NCBI GenBank assembly: GCA_012295275.1 | Contig: CM022671.1 | Coordinates: forward strand, 27,342,001 to 27,406,000 | Length of the DNA stretch: 64,000 nucleotides | DNA from: Chrysomallon squamiferum | Taxonomy: Eukaryota > Animalia > Mollusca | Reading direction: 5' to 3' | Shown here: in pieces, positions 1 through 22,320 of the stretch | Position numbering within the stretch: the first letter of the stretch is position 1 | Layout: each line of letters begins with the position of its first letter | Program-made: the position numbers and the translations under genes | The notes under the pieces: generated by a model | Databases searched by the model: none | What the model was told of the DNA's origin: nothing | What the model saw: only the letters and a program-made list of their open reading frames with translations

Positions 1-2165
1 TATTTTTCTGTGGTAGGTTTAGAACACATTGTAACTCTGTTGTTGTTACTTAACTTTGCTAAAAACATCACAATACAGACAAGATATGAATGTGGATTAG
101 GTATGTATTTTGTGTATAAAATAGTTATATAAAAAAAAAAGCACAGTGGTATCATTGTGGCATCATATTTCCTGTGTTATCTGTATTTTAACCATCTGTA
201 TGTCTTGTTTTGTATTTATGTTTTAAGAAACATGTTTTAATATTATTTTATATTCTCAGTCACTTGCTGAGGTTTGTCAGTGTATACTACTTGAATTGTA
301 TTTTCTTAAGTAATAATTTGACTTTCATGTGACAGATACATACATGATCTAAATATATATATAATTATATCAATGATATAGTGATACAGTGATACTTACT
401 TAGATTTTATTTTTTTAAGTAATAAATTGACCTATAACAAATTATCATATAAACTACATACGATTATTTTTATTGTCAAAGTAATAACAATAATACTAAT
501 TTCAGATTCTTGTAGAAAAAGATAATAAATTTAAATTAAAGCATTTTTTATGTAATGTAGTACATAATATTGAACTATGTAAAGAACAGATTTTTAGCAA
601 GGCCCATATTAAACAACCTAAAGTTCCTGCCATGAAATAAAACAAATATTAAAAAAATAGTTTTGCATATAGTGTGATATGCCTGAATTTGCCAGAGCTT
701 TATGCCTTAATATGATACAAATTTTGGTAAAATTTAATGTTAATATTCTGATATATATATATTTATATGTACCACTAAATAAATAGAAAATAAGTTGAAT
801 GGGTTCACATTGCACTATTTCATGTATTTTTCAAATTAAGGCAGTATGTTGTTTTCTGGATGGTGACACAAAAATGCACTGAATGGGGCTGATTGGTGTA
901 GACAAATGGCTTTGTTGACAGTATTTCCTTTAAGGAAGTGTGGAGAATGCATTCTTGCTCCGAATAATGTGTTCATTCACAAATAAGCATTAGCTCATCA
1001 GGAGAAACTGTTTGCTGTGACAAGCTGCTCGCTGTTTCTAACTAGGAAGGAAGCTGCACAATATAAAACCTTGTTAAAACATCACGCTAATACACTGCAT
1101 TTGTCAGTACACTTTCTTAATACTTGTTTTGTTTTTATAGTTATGTAATGTTTATGTTGTTAACAAAAACAACAATTAAAAAACAACCTTTTCCTTCATA
1201 TTTTATTATTATTATCATTCTTTTTCTTAATTTGTAATTAAGGAAAAAAAACAAAAATAAAAACCTCTACTAACTGGTTAAATTTGTTAGGCTGGTAGAA
1301 GATTGTATCATTTTTGAACTATTTGTAATTTCAAGTTCAACCAGTGCTTCCAAAGACTTGGTTATCATGTTTTTTGCTTTCAGAAATATGCATATAATTA
1401 TATATAAAAAAATGCCTCTTGCTTATTGACAGGAATAGGTTTCATTTTTCATTATACCTTTTATCATTATACACAACCCTGCATATTTGACTCCTAATAA
1501 CCATAAAAAATAAAAAATTTGTTCAGGCATCAGTAATAATTTTTTCGTTTTTTCAGTAACAAATCTGTTTGTTATCCTTTCTTTCTGCAATTAAAATCTT
1601 TACTTGTACATATTCTTTAATACTGAAGAAAACGGGCTACTACATTTTTCTTCACATTTTAGGATTCAGTTAGATTAATTATTCCAATAAGTAAATGTTA
1701 TAGCCGATCCACTGTTTTATTGTTGTGTTGTTGTGTGTTCAGCATTCTTTCTAGCATAGTAATGTCACCCCTCATTAACAATATGTTCTGTTAAAACAAT
1801 GACATTCTCATTTGACTTCGTGGAAGAAACCTGGTATTATTTATTTTGATACAATTGATTACAGCTGTTCATTGTTAAAGATGGAAGTTGATATGGAGTA
1901 TCAATTTATGGGCTAAATTTTTTTTTAGTGTTAGCAGTTAAATGCTTGAAAAATTAAGAAATAAAAATAATTCTCAGTATATTATTTTTGTAAAAACGAG
2001 GAAATGTAATGAATTATTTATTAGTTCTGTGTTGACAATTAATATTTAAAAAAATATATATATTATTTATATAAACATCTATTATATATGTTTCCATGGT
2101 GGAAATAATGGAATCACATACTACTGTTACTTGAGTTAAGTTTATGATACAGATGTCTGTACACA

Positions 2166-2196
<31 letters not shown>

Positions 2197-2613
2197 GCAA
2201 ACACAAAGACATAAAAAGTTATTTTAGGTTTCATCACCACCTAGCCCAAACTAGTCCTGTCAGTTCTTAAAGGTTCGTCATAATTAACGTTTTACTTCCC
2301 AACACGTAAACATTAAATGTTGGCCCAGTGTGCTTGCCCATTCACAAAGACGATCTTCTTTGTCAATTAACATCTGTCTCCGAAAGACGGTTCGTAAATC
2401 CACGAGTTTGTTCAAATGTCTTACTGTGATCGCATCACAAATATTTCTCATTGACAAGAGCCTGAGGTGTGTGGGACATTTCCTCAACAGCCTCAAACAT
2501 TTTTGGACTGAGCTCAGATAATGAAGTGGCTGTACACTGCTGCGTGACTGCATGTCTTTGTTATGTGATTACTTGTCTATTTAGCTTGTTTTGTGTTATA
2601 TGAGTTTTCATGC

Positions 2614-2669
2614 ATGGGAAAAGAAATAGTCTGGCCTATCAGTGGAGTACAGAGCTGTCCAGTTTACCG
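2614..2669 (+). CDS. Candidate alternative first coding exon of LIMK (MGKEIVWPISGVQSCPVY-R)
   Basis: ATG at 2614, then 56 nt open, ending CG|gtgaga. This phase-2 donor matches the phase of the 6339 acceptor and gives ...YR-CSKC. It sits at the end of a locally GC/CpG-richer block (about 2270-2690). The joined CDS is 2031 nt (676 aa). Confidence 0.55.
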
Positions 2670-3921
2670 GTGAGATCTTAAGTTGCTCTACGAAGTTTCA
2701 AATTAATATGTTTAGTTAAATGTGTATTGTGTAAAAAGGTGCACAAGGTATTGTAATGAAATATCCAAATATTTATTTTTCAAAAGAAATAAATTAAAAT
2801 GTTAATGATAAAAAAGATTGAAGAAAATAAACTGCCTTTTTGCAATTAAAGTAACTACATTCTAAATTATTTTTGAAATTAAAAATAAACATTTTTGTGG
2901 TACAAAGTAATTTAATTTATTTATTTTATTTATTTTTTAATATTATTAATCTAAATTTGTTAATTATCTTGAATAGTGTTATATAGTGTTGTTTTATAAT
3001 TTTCTGTTACATAGTTAGTTTAGTAAAATATCTAAACTCTAACCTCTCCAAAAAAAATAAAATGTTTTAATTATTATTTAGGTTATTTCTATACTATTTT
3101 ATACTGTTATTTTAAGTTAGTCACTAAATTTTTCATTAAATAACATTTCGATTTCTTTCAAGTTAACATGTTTCATTTTCTGTTTGCAACATATCACACA
3201 TTTTATTTGACTGAATGTAGTCTGTTTCTAATTGATAGATTTGTAAAGGCTTGTCTAAAACAAACCATTCCAAAGCCTGGGTAATAAAAAAATTATATAT
3301 TTATATTACTAGTAGGGAATATTTTCATTTAAACAGCAAATATTTTAATGTAAAATAATACAAATGTTTTTTTATTCATTGACATCATCATCATTTTTGC
3401 AGGAATTGAACCTTATCTTTATTGATGTTTAAAGTAGCACTTATGATATATGACATGCAATTACAAAAACATGTATGTATATACTATTAATAATAGTAAA
3501 TTTTTAAATAAAAAAGATACAAATCACATCTCTTCATAATTAAATATTGTTATTAATAGAGGAAACAGTCTGAGCTGATCTGTTGCAGACATTTTTTATA
3601 ACTACCCAGATTGTCTACACAGGTCCAGAGTGACAGTTAATATTAAACCACTATAAATTATGTCACACTGTGAAATGTCTACATAGACACTTTTATGTTA
3701 GTTTTTATGAACAGTTTAAAGAGACTGTGTGGTGTGTTTTACAGGTTTTTATTACATCAGTGTAGAATATATGTGATACGTTATCTTGGATCATTTGTCT
3801 AGATGAGTAATGGTATATGTATTTACACTGTGTTCAGGTGTGGTCAACCAAACAGTATTACAGATAATAAAATGATTACTTTGTTTGTAGCATGATGTTT
3901 GACATTTTTGTAATACAGGCA

Positions 3922-3954
<33 letters not shown>

Positions 3955-5426
3955 TGTGTAGTAATTTGTTGTTAGTGGTAGCAGGTTTTTAAAAAAAAAA
4001 ATGGAAAAAGTATTTTTTGTTGTTACCTTTGGAGGTGATACATTGTACTGTGTAAGGGAAAAAAAGGAAATGTAATTCTGTTTCCATTTTTAGGAATTGG
4101 TTCTCCCTCCTCAAAATCCCTATTTTAGTTTGAAAAAAAGAAGAGAAAAAAATAAGTAAATAATTCATAATAAAATACTGAGAAATTAAAAGAAAAGAAA
4201 TAAATACAATAAAAAAAAAAAAAAACAGAATATAATTAAAAATAATAAATGAAAAAGAAAAAGTTTTGTTCATATATCTGTCATAGATATATTCTGTTTT
4301 CTTTTATTCTACATACTATGGATCATCATGTTAATAAAATATATATCAAAAAACAAAAATACACCAAAATAATAAAAAAAAAAAACCCACAAAACAAACG
4401 AATGTATCTGAATATTTAATTAATTTGATCACATTAATGTTAAATTAAACAAACACAATGGACGAACAAATGTTTTGTGACAACTCAGCATGTGTAAACA
4501 GCAGACAGTGTGTGCAAATATTACATTACAATAAATGAATGACATCAGTTGTTGACAAAAGCTGATAACACAAATAGCTACAGGGAAGTACTGATCACAT
4601 ACACAAAGCAGTAACGCTAATATTGAAATAAAAAAAAAATCATCAAGTATGACTATGCAGATAAACACAAAGACTCAAACTGTTTTATATTTGACTGTAT
4701 TCACCTACAAAAATATTAGTGGGTGGGTGGTATTCTTTTTTTATCTTTTTTTTCTTTTCTTTAATGGTGTTGATACAATGGTTTGCTGATGATTCATGAA
4801 AATAAATTATTGTAGCTTTGGGTCACATTTTAATAAAGACAGGGTTACAGGAAAATGTGATCATTCCAGAGGTATGTGTTTCGGAAAAATGTTAAGAACA
4901 TGTCATTTAAAATAATTAGCCTACTTGACATTTAGTGTGATTTTGTGATCAATATTATTGAAATGATTTTTAATATATTTTCTGTACAGTTATAGGGTTG
5001 GTTAAATGGAAGTGCAAACTTGTAATAATTTAAATAGGTATATTTCTGTTTATTTTTCACAGGTTTGTGAGCTCATTGTAAGCAAACAATAATTTCCAGG
5101 ATGCTAATATTTTGAATATTTTTTTTACATTTGAGACAGTTATATATAATTAAAAAACCAACAACAACAACCATAGGAAAAATAGAAACCATAAATAATC
5201 CCACTTATTTCCTTTACAGTTTTCAAGGTATTAATAATACGTTTTCAAGCTATCAAATTTATAAGCTTAATTTAATTTGACATTTAAATTTAAAAATAAA
5301 TTAATTAATTAATAAAAAACTTAATATTTTCCTTATAACTTTCAGGATTATTGGATATTCAAGTTACTTAAAATTTAATGAAACAGATTTATTTCCTCAT
5401 TTTTTAAATATTTATCGTTATTATTA

Positions 5427-5473
<47 letters not shown>

Positions 5474-6179
5474 TATGTATAGCTGTTGTTATAATCAAGC
5501 TGTTAGCAACAACAGGCAGTATCACTCTGAATGAACAGTTTAATGAGTTGACAGGAGTCTGTGTTAATCAGATTGTTACAGCGTGGAACAAAACTGTGTC
5601 CACAGGGTCATCCACTAGCTGTGATTGTTCAGTTATGCAACCTGTCAAATACTGATTGTTTTAAATACATGTGTGTCATCAGCTAGGTAATATTCAGAGA
5701 AGCCAATACCACTGACTGTATTCTTGGAATTACTTTTTTTTTTCTTCTTGTGTGTACCTATGTACACACATGTATAGAACAAAAGACCTGAAAAGGTAAT
5801 TTTTGAAGAAATCTTTAGATTTGCTGTGAATTATATGCAGTGCTGATAAAACTGTATAAAAATTATTCATACTCTAGCCACTGTTAAATGCATTATGATG
5901 TCTAATGCATTTTACAAATGAGAGGGAAAAATACAGAAATTCTGTTAAGAGAGAAGCGGTTCATTTTTAAATTGAAAATACATTATTCTTAATTGTTTTT
6001 ATACAGAAAAAAAATAATAAACTCTTCAAGTATGTTCAGAATTTGTTAAACAATAAATAATAATTACTCTGGGAAAAATATCCACACCAGAAATATTAAA
6101 ATGAGGTTTGCTGAAATTGTTCAGCTCCTGCAAGCATAAGACTTTCCAACATTAAAAATACAAAGCAAATTATAATAAA

Positions 6180-6216
<37 letters not shown>

Positions 6217-6338
6217 AAAATAAAAATAAAAAAAAAAAACAAAATAGGAAGAAGGATTTTATTTTATTTTATTTTTTTATTTTTTTTTTTTTTTTTTTCA
6301 TTAGGTTTTATACTAAAATAACATTTTGAAACTTTCAG

Positions 6339-12949
<6,611 letters not shown>

Positions 12950-15523
12950 AAAAAAAATTTTTTGTGTATTTTCTACTTAATAATAAGAGAAAGGTTTAAT
13001 TTTAGCTTGGATTTTGTGCAGCTGAGATTTGAAAGTAATTTTGATTCCGCTTCCATAGATAAGCGAATCATATTTTTTTTTTTTTTTTTTTTTTTTTGAG
13101 GTTATATTTAAAAACAAAAATGATATAATTTTAGTGATATTAGCTTGCATGTGTTAAACTTTAAGACAGCAAGCTATGTTTTTGAAAATTAAATATGTTG
13201 TACACTGGAGGAATTTACTGCTGATGTTTTGGATATTGACTGAACTTTTATAAATTTAAAGAAATACATATATATGAAAAAGGGCAATATTTTGTATATA
13301 TACTGAAATATCATGACATTTGTATAATACGTATGACATATTTTTGATAGATAATGATAACACAAACTGGAATGGTTTTATTAAATTACTTCGACATGTC
13401 ATTAAGAAATGCTTATGCAGTTTAATTTCACTGTTCATTTGATGACAACAAAAGAATTTTGCAGCAAAAAGGTGCTATTTTGTTCTGCTTTCGCTGTTGT
13501 AAATAAATGATAAAACAGTGCTGAATGTAGTATTAAACTGTGGCATAAAGAAACTGTCAGAATACATTTTATTTACTTAAAAGTTATTCTGTCTATTGCT
13601 AAAAAAGAAAATAATAAAATTTAAAAAAAGTATGATTAAAAAATGAAGCTATTGTAGAATTATGTGAATTGTCCCATTTTCTCCATATCACAACACAATC
13701 TATTCCCATTATTTTATTATCTTCATTTCACACAGTTAGTTATATAATTCACAGTATTTGAGGAAAATCTGCAGTTGTAACAGATATTTAGCAAATTTTA
13801 ATATTTATCTACTGGAATATTTTTTAACAACAGAGTAATAAGTTAGCAGCTAATTAGAACGCAGTATACGAAATCATTTCACTGCCATAGATGCAAAAGA
13901 GAAAATGAAAGCATTCATTTATTTCATATACTAAATATAACTGTCATGATTTAACATTGTGCAAAGCATATACAAAAAAGAAAAAAAGGAAAAGGTTATT
14001 TTGAAGAATAAACAATATAACTTGACTATTAAATGACAACTAAATTTCTTCATTTTATATTACCACCATTTAACCTGGATTCTTAACAAGGCTGAGCACA
14101 ATTCAACTTTTTGTTGTTGTTTAAAGTGTTAATTCATTGCTAAACATATCTCTAAGTGGAGTAACAAATCATGGCTGACAATAAACGGTATATTTTATTA
14201 AAATTTGATGTGGTTGTACACGTTTATGATAATTGATCATTTTTTTTATTTCAGTACCAAACACATTCTTTTGAACTTGTGATAACTCAGAATAAATTAT
14301 TTTTGCTTAATAAAAAATTAATAAATAAAAATTGAATACGTAAATAAATAAATAAATAAATGGTGATAAAAAAAATATAATCATGATGAAAAAAAGATTA
14401 TACATGTAGCCTGATGTAACATCAAGTTAATACTAAATGTGAAAGTTGGTGGATCTTGTGTTGATGTATATAATTAATTTAATTTAATTTCTTAGGCCTG
14501 GATTATCTTTAAATATTTTATCATGTGCCATCATTGAATTTCTCTAGGGAGGCTCTAATTAAATTCATAATGCAAGGTTGTCATTATTATTATTTTTATT
14601 TTTATTTTTTTTATTTTTATTTAGAATATAAATTTAATTCCTAGTGCTGGATTATCACTGGATTCATTAACATATTTAATGGGGGGGGGGGCATTTTTTT
14701 TTTTTTTTTTTTATATGCTATAAGTTTGTTAAATTCCTATTTTTAGATTGTATTAAAATATTCAGATATTTGATACATGACAGCCAGTGTATTTTATGGC
14801 TGAGGTATTTGTTAAAGATCCATTAATAATCATTTAATGTAATTAAATTCCAGGTTGTTAATAATTCATGTAAAACATGAGACATTCCAAGCATGATGTT
14901 TAGTTTGGACAGAGAAACACGATAAAAAATGTCATCATGATAAAACTTCAGACTTAGAAGTTAAATTGAGAAGACAAAACATAAAAATTAATATAAGAAT
15001 AATAATAATAATAACTTGAACAGTGTAAATTTAATTCATGCTAATTTAAATAATGTACTATTTAAGTTGTTTTACTCACAATTATATGCATATAAACTGA
15101 CTCATACAAATATGTGCACTCAAGAACACATGCAGTCACATTCACAAAAACAGGCTCATAATTTTCAAAATTTTCACAGATTTGTCATTATTCAAAGTTT
15201 TTGTTATCTTGAAATTGTGATTGCACTGATTTATGATACTAAATGAAAGTGCTATTTTCTTCTGTTATGACGATGAGTGTGTAATTTTGATAGTTTTCAT
15301 TTCACGGTAAAACCATATACTTTGAACTCTAATAACATGTTATAAATTTGTGCTACATATTTTTGAAGGTGCTGATTATTTTTTTAATATTAATGTTTTA
15401 ATCATGATTTATTATTAGATTAGTTAGTGACATTTGATTTATAAACTTACATACTGGATGGGTTTATTGTATATTTTAATTAGTTCTAAAAATACATACT
15501 GTAAAACAGCTGTAGCACATTTA

Positions 15524-15569
<46 letters not shown>

Positions 15570-18500
15570 ATTATTGATGTTATCATTTAGTTAGATGTAA
15601 CAGGCTCTCTCATTGATGACATGCATTTAGGAAAACAATTTGCGTAGTAAGAATTTCAAATATTAGAAGTAATTATTTAAAGCTGTTGTCGTATTGTATT
15701 GATTGTAGAAAAGTATTGGGCATGGACACGTTCACATCAGACCTGTTACCACAACCTGTAGTGATCCCACCCACAACTGTTAGTTACAATTTGATGCATC
15801 AAGTATAAAACTTAATTTTATTTATTTATTTTTTGTTTTTTTAAAAACATCACCTGTTACCAATTTAATAATATGGATACCATGCCAAAAGGATAGGAAA
15901 CAAAGCATTATTTGAAATTTTTCATTTTAATTTTTTATTTAATTTTTTTCATTTTTATTGTTCACACAACATGCTCAGTGAAGTAATGTGTGCCGTGCAG
16001 ATTAAAATACATACAGTGATTTTGTTTTCCATTGTTTATAACAGGCCAGATAAACATTGTGTGTGATGTCTTCTTCGCAGATCTGCATGTTTTTTTTTTT
16101 TTATATATATATAATACAAATTTCTGTTAATTAAAACATTTAGAATTATTTAAGTAGAATTTTGTAGCACACGTCCTGGGGTTTAAATGTGTTTTTTTTA
16201 AAATAAAATAACATTTTTGTTTTGATTTTGATTATTTTTCAATAACTTGTGTCCCTAATTATCTATGCAGAAAAACTGTGTTATGCAAAGCTTGATGTGC
16301 CTAGATTTACACTTATTATCAGATTACCAGGTTTTTTATCTATGATTTGGAATCATTATCACTTTTTAAGAAATATTTTGATACTGTGAAGTAATTGTCT
16401 CTAGTTGGTATTTATTGAGTAGATAATTTGTAACAGAATTAGTTAGGCAGAACATATTCTGTAATGTATTATGTATGATTTAAGCTAATGGTTAACAAAG
16501 CTATGATAGTTATTCCAGTGCTGTTTGTCCTATTTTGTATTTTATTTTTTCCTTATTTATTTATTCCCATACCAGAGAAATAGCAGTGTTGTGTCAAATA
16601 TGGATTTTTTAATTCATAAATATATTCCATGTGAATTTTATTTAAATTACTGCCTTGACTTTTCACATTAATACCAAAAGGAATAAGTTTAACAAATGAT
16701 AATGAAGAAGAAAGCAAAAAAAGAAAGAAGGAAAATTATTATAATAATAAAAATTTTAAATTTGTGATAAATGCTTTAATATGTATAGTAAATAGTTTGA
16801 TAACTGAATTGTATATATGAAAAGTTTTGTTCACATTAAGCAGTAATGTATATATAACATCATGTATGAATGAATATACATAGCAAAATCCAACATTAAA
16901 TTTTTGATTTAGTATTCTTTTAAAGTACTGAAAATATTTAATTTGTCTCTACTTAACAAATTACTATAAAAAAAAAATGTATACGAAAATTAAAAGCAAA
17001 TATTTTAAAACAGATCTGTTACATTTATATGTGTCAGAAAAAAATTGTCTATTACAAACTGTTCTAACTGGTCTTCATTTATTCATAACTTTTAAAATAT
17101 ATTTCATTATATGCTCACTGTTCATTAAATCTTAAGATATCTGAAAACTGAAGCCACTTAAATATAAAAACCTGAATCACAGATCTATGTTTTATATACA
17201 CACAGTTACAGATGATAAAGAAAAACTTGATTAATGGAAATTTAAATGTAACAATTCTGTGCCAATTGTTTGTTTACTGTTGAAATATGTATAAAATTTT
17301 TGATCTTGTATATTGTGAATTTTAATTTGTATATCAACGGGAACAACAAAACAGAAAAATAATGCAACAAATGGTTTATACAGAAGATTATATGTATACA
17401 GAACTAAATTAACTGCTACAGACCTAATAAGACTGGTGACTTTGCTGTGCATTTTTGAAATTTAGATAATCACACAAGCTTCCAAATTAAGAACACAGAA
17501 ACTGATAAATTACATGTACCATTTAATACAATAAAACAGTATCTTCTTTTAAAAAAAAAAAAAAAAAAATTATTTATATGACTTAGTAATATTTACAATA
17601 ACAACAATAATAATATTTAATGAAATTTAAGAAAAACCTGATTTAAATGTTTTATCGGGGTAATTGTGTTTTTTTTTTAAGGATATTGGCCACATGCACA
17701 GCTAACAAGTCCATATAAAGATAACTTTGTGTTAAAGAGAAAGAGTATTTTATTCCTAAACTTTCAAAACTTTAAAAATATGTATATTTATGAACAAGAC
17801 TGTTAGATTTAGGTCTGTAGAAGTTAATATTCACTTGTGAGAATTTATATTTATTATAATTTACTGATATTATTAGATATCTTTACATTGCCTTACTTTG
17901 ACTTTTTGTTTTAAGGTAATGATGGTTTCTGGATCAGCTTCTTGTTTTTGTTTGTTTCTTTTGTTTATAGAGCTTGTGAAAAGAACCAATAAAATATTTA
18001 AATAGATATTTTTGTTCTTTCTTTACATTTAACTTTTTTTTTTAAACTAATAGTAACATCACCCTTGAACATCTCCAAACAAAAATAAGAAAGAAAAACA
18101 TAAAAGTCAGCATTATATGAATGAGTTTGTGGTATTCAAAATAGACTAGTAAGAAAAAGCTTTTAATGTAATTCAATCATGCATGCAATGCATGTTGTAT
18201 TCAGTTTTTAGGTGTAATTTTCTTAATAATACCTTCACATGCAAAGAAGGGCAGTAAGGATAATACGAATGTGCTTTTTTTCAAAATATGTTTTATGACA
18301 AGAATGAAATGTATTTTATCAAGACTTGCACTCATCCAGTGCATATTGAAAATGTGTTTTACTTGCTGGACAGATCAGTGCTTTTGAATTCCAGTTAGTC
18401 ACCTCGAATCTTTTGCACTAAAATTTACTCCTTTGAGTTTTAGTCATCCTGTTTAATAAATACTGTGAAATGGGTTCATTTCTTAGCAGATATTGTATAT

Positions 18501-19748
18501 TCATTGTAAGTGGTATTAAATAATACATTTTAATTCAAAGAATTAAAAAAAAAAAAAAAACCCAATAATAATGATAATTTAAAAAAATAATAAAAACAGA
18601 ACACGAATTACTTCAGTTTATTTTATTTATGTACAATATCAGTAGTAGAATGATATATATATATTAAAAAGCAAAACTAATTTTATTTTTTCACTACAAT
18701 ATAAATCTATATTCAACTGTAAAACACCGGCAGACATTTATTTATTATTTTTTGTCACTGAAACCAAAAAAAGAAACCAGTCAGCCATGAAAATATTTGT
18801 CCATGTTAAACATTTCATAATGCATGAAACTTCGTGAACTAATTATGAATTTTTTACTTTTTTTTAAATAAACATTTCAAATGTATGTTTCTCTACTATA
18901 GTTTAAGGATTTTTAAAAATTTATTTTTGTTTTAGTAGAAGGAATTCTGAATAAAGAATTAGCAATGCTAAAGATATTCCAAGAGCATCATAAATGATCA
19001 ATATCCTGTTTTTAAAACTATATATTCGTAATTTAATTTTTCACTGAAAGTTCTGTAGACACTTGTTTCATCAATAATATTATTATTATTCTTTTTGAAA
19101 TTTATACATTTAAAAAAAAATAATTATATATTATTTTTGTTTATTTATTTACATTTTTTGCCACAGATAATGACTGTATGTGATTAGGGAAATATTTACA
19201 ATAACATGCATTAAAAAAAAAAAGTACAATATATATTATATTAAAATAGAGTGATCTTTTCTTTGGGTTGGTATTAACAAGGCATAATAGTATATCACCA
19301 TAAAACATAACATTGCATAAAACAGTCAGCAGTAGCGCTTTAAAATAACTGCAACAAAAAATCAGTTACACACAATCTCTCACCACACTGGAACCCAGTA
19401 AAATATGTACAGTCCATGCTATGAAAGCCAGCCACAGCAACCATTGCAGCACATTAATAAATTATTAAAATGTAAATTATATAAAGGACAACATGAAGCA
19501 AAATGCAATAGATAACAAAAAAAAAAAAAATGTTAACAATAAACATCTGAAACAAAAACAGTTTAGAAACATCTGGTAATGGCTAAAGCCTAACCCACAC
19601 ATCTTATGTGTGCAATGTTGTAGAGAAAAAAACAACAACCAAACCCACAGTAAAAAAAAAAAAAAAAGGTCCCATAAATAACATGCAAAATCCCACTAAA
19701 AAACCTCTAACAAAACCTACTGCTTTTAATACAAAGCCAATAATAACA

Positions 19749-19799
<51 letters not shown>

Positions 19800-21454
19800 T
19801 ACAGTAAAATTTATTCAGTCAGGTTAGTCAACTGACTGGACTAATATGATATGATTAGATGAGTGACCGTATCTGAAAAATTTATATGACCTTCTGTTTT
19901 CATATATGTTTGTTGCATACATCCATTTTATTGCACTGTGTAAAATATAGCACAAATGTTCACCTTAATATACATCCATTGTACATAAAGTTATTAAAGA
20001 AAATGAAGTCAGTATTTTAGATGTTAATGCTTTAAAATAAGTTCACTTTGTACAGTTTGCTCTTATATCATCTTCATTTTTTGTGATTGACAAACATAAA
20101 ACATTTTCACCTCGGTAACTATGGCAGTTGTATCATTTTAATGTCATTATTTTGTTCTATGCTTGTCTCTTGGTTTCTGACACTATTATCACAATTATCT
20201 CTATCATCGCCATTATATGCTTGTACGTTTTTTTGGACAGCAGACAACAATTCTGTCCTCTGTTTAAGAACTGAACCAATTTGTGTTCTGTCTGTTCTGT
20301 ACAAATCTGCAAATTGATGATGTGCCTTGCCACAAATAGATTTTATCAGTTTGTTCTTATCCTCAACCAGTATTTCATTTTTTATTCTCCTTTGACATTG
20401 TGTGATACATTCAAATAACTATAAACATATACGTACATACATACATACATGTACACACACACATGCACACACACACACACACATATATATACTTACACAT
20501 ACAGACATTTTTTTTACCATCTTCAATATCTGTGAGTAAAGACATGTCTGGTATGAAGAATACACATTTCATCTGAAAATACTCCGTCTCTGTGAGTAAT
20601 GGCAGTCAACCATCAAATGACTGATTAGGCCGATATGTTTGTTACAAACTGTGACTGTCATGCTTGACTGCACGAGCCATTTTCTCTCTTGGTGCACACA
20701 GTGTCAAAACACCACCATAATGAGTGGCTATTATCTGCACACAACAAGAAAGTTACCTGGGTATTTTAGTACAGGCAAACGCAGAAGCCTGAAATTCAGT
20801 TGACCATTTTCCACAAGTGACCTTTAGAGCAAATTTTACTGTATATAAAATTTAAATAAAATTGAAAGTAAACATTTACATATAACTCTGAGGTTATAAT
20901 ACTAAATAAAAAAAAAATTAAAAAAATTCCTTTTAACATAACTTTACCTGATTTTATATCCCTTCCAAAATGGCATGAATAAAAAACTAAAAAAAGCAAA
21001 AACCCTCAAAAATCGTAAATGCTTACCTCATTGATGTTAAAAATTATACAAACATAACAACTCACAGGTTTATTCAGTAAAATAAACAAGTAAAAATAAG
21101 TGATAATTACTGCTCCCTAAAATACCATCTAGACTATAGTCTGACTACAGATACTACGAAACAAAGACATTTATAGGCAGCTTATGCTTGACATACACCA
21201 TAAATAAAAACAAGCAAACAAACAATCTAAACAAAATAAACTGAATAGTTGAGAATAAAAACTAAGCAAAGTTGGAAACATATAATCCTGAGTATTGTTG
21301 ATGGCAGAAAGATAAAATTACTATGCTATTATGAGATATTATGCTCACAAAATGATTTAATATTGGTGTCTGATTTGGACGTCTTTTTAAAACTTGGTAA
21401 ATAAATATTTTACAGGTTTGATTTATTCTACTTGTTATGATCAGTCAGAAAATT

Positions 21455-22320
21455 AAAATGAGAGGAATTAACTTATAGAGTGAGTGAAAAGATTTAACTG
21501 TAAAGTCAATGAGAGGACTGTAACTGTGAAGTCATTGAGAGGAATTAACTGTAAAGTCAATGAGAGGAATTAACTGTAAGTCAACAAGAGGAATGTAACT
21601 GTAAAGTCAGTGAGAGCAATATAACTGTAAAGTCATTGAGAGGAATGTAACTGTAAAGTCAGTGAGAGGAATGTAACTGTAAAGTCAATGAGAGAAATGT
21701 AACTGTAAAGTCAGTGAGAGAAATGTAACTAAGTCAACAAGAGGAATATAACTGTAAAATCAATGAGAGGAATGTTACTGAAAGTCAACAAGAGGAATGT
21801 AACTGTAAAGTCAGTGAGAGTAATGTAACTGTAAAGTCAATGAGAGGAATATTACTGAAAGTCAACAAGAGGAATGTAACTGTAAATCAGTGAGAGTAAT
21901 GTTACTGTAAAGTCAGTGAGAGGAATGTAACTGTAAAGTCAGTGAGAGTAATGTAACTGTAAATCAGTGAGTAATGTAACTGTAAAGTCAGTGAGAGTAA
22001 TATAACTGTAATGTCAGTGACAGGAATGTAACTGTAAAGTCAGTGACAGGAATGTAACGGTAAAGTTAATGAAAATAATTCATTACAATGTTAATCAGAG
22101 AAATGCAACTGTATATCTATGAGAGGAATTAATCTGTATATCTAGAGAGGAATTAATCTGTATATCTATGAGAGGAAATAATCTGTAGAGTCAGTAAGAT
22201 GAATTAATCTGTATATCTAGAGAGGAATTAATCTGTATATCTAGAGAGGAATTAATCTGCATATCAGTGAACAGAATTAACACATAGAATCAATGTGGGG
22301 AATTAATCTGTAGATTATAC
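21455..22320. repeat. Minisatellite with a 24-26-bp unit and two subtypes
   Basis: More than 20 tandem copies of about GAGAGGAATGTAACTGTAAAGTCA(G/A)T at 21490-22070. These are followed by the variant GAGAGGAATTAATCTGTATATCTA at about 22090-22320. No unique spacers. Confidence 0.93.

Noticed and set aside
2284-2553. Overlapping 89-aa (-) and 63-aa (+) ORFs
   Set aside because: No recognisable domain; better explained as promoter/5'UTR of the alternative LIMK exon.
21455-22320. CRISPR-like array
   Set aside because: Units are contiguous with no unique spacers, the context is eukaryotic, and there are no cas genes. It is a minisatellite.
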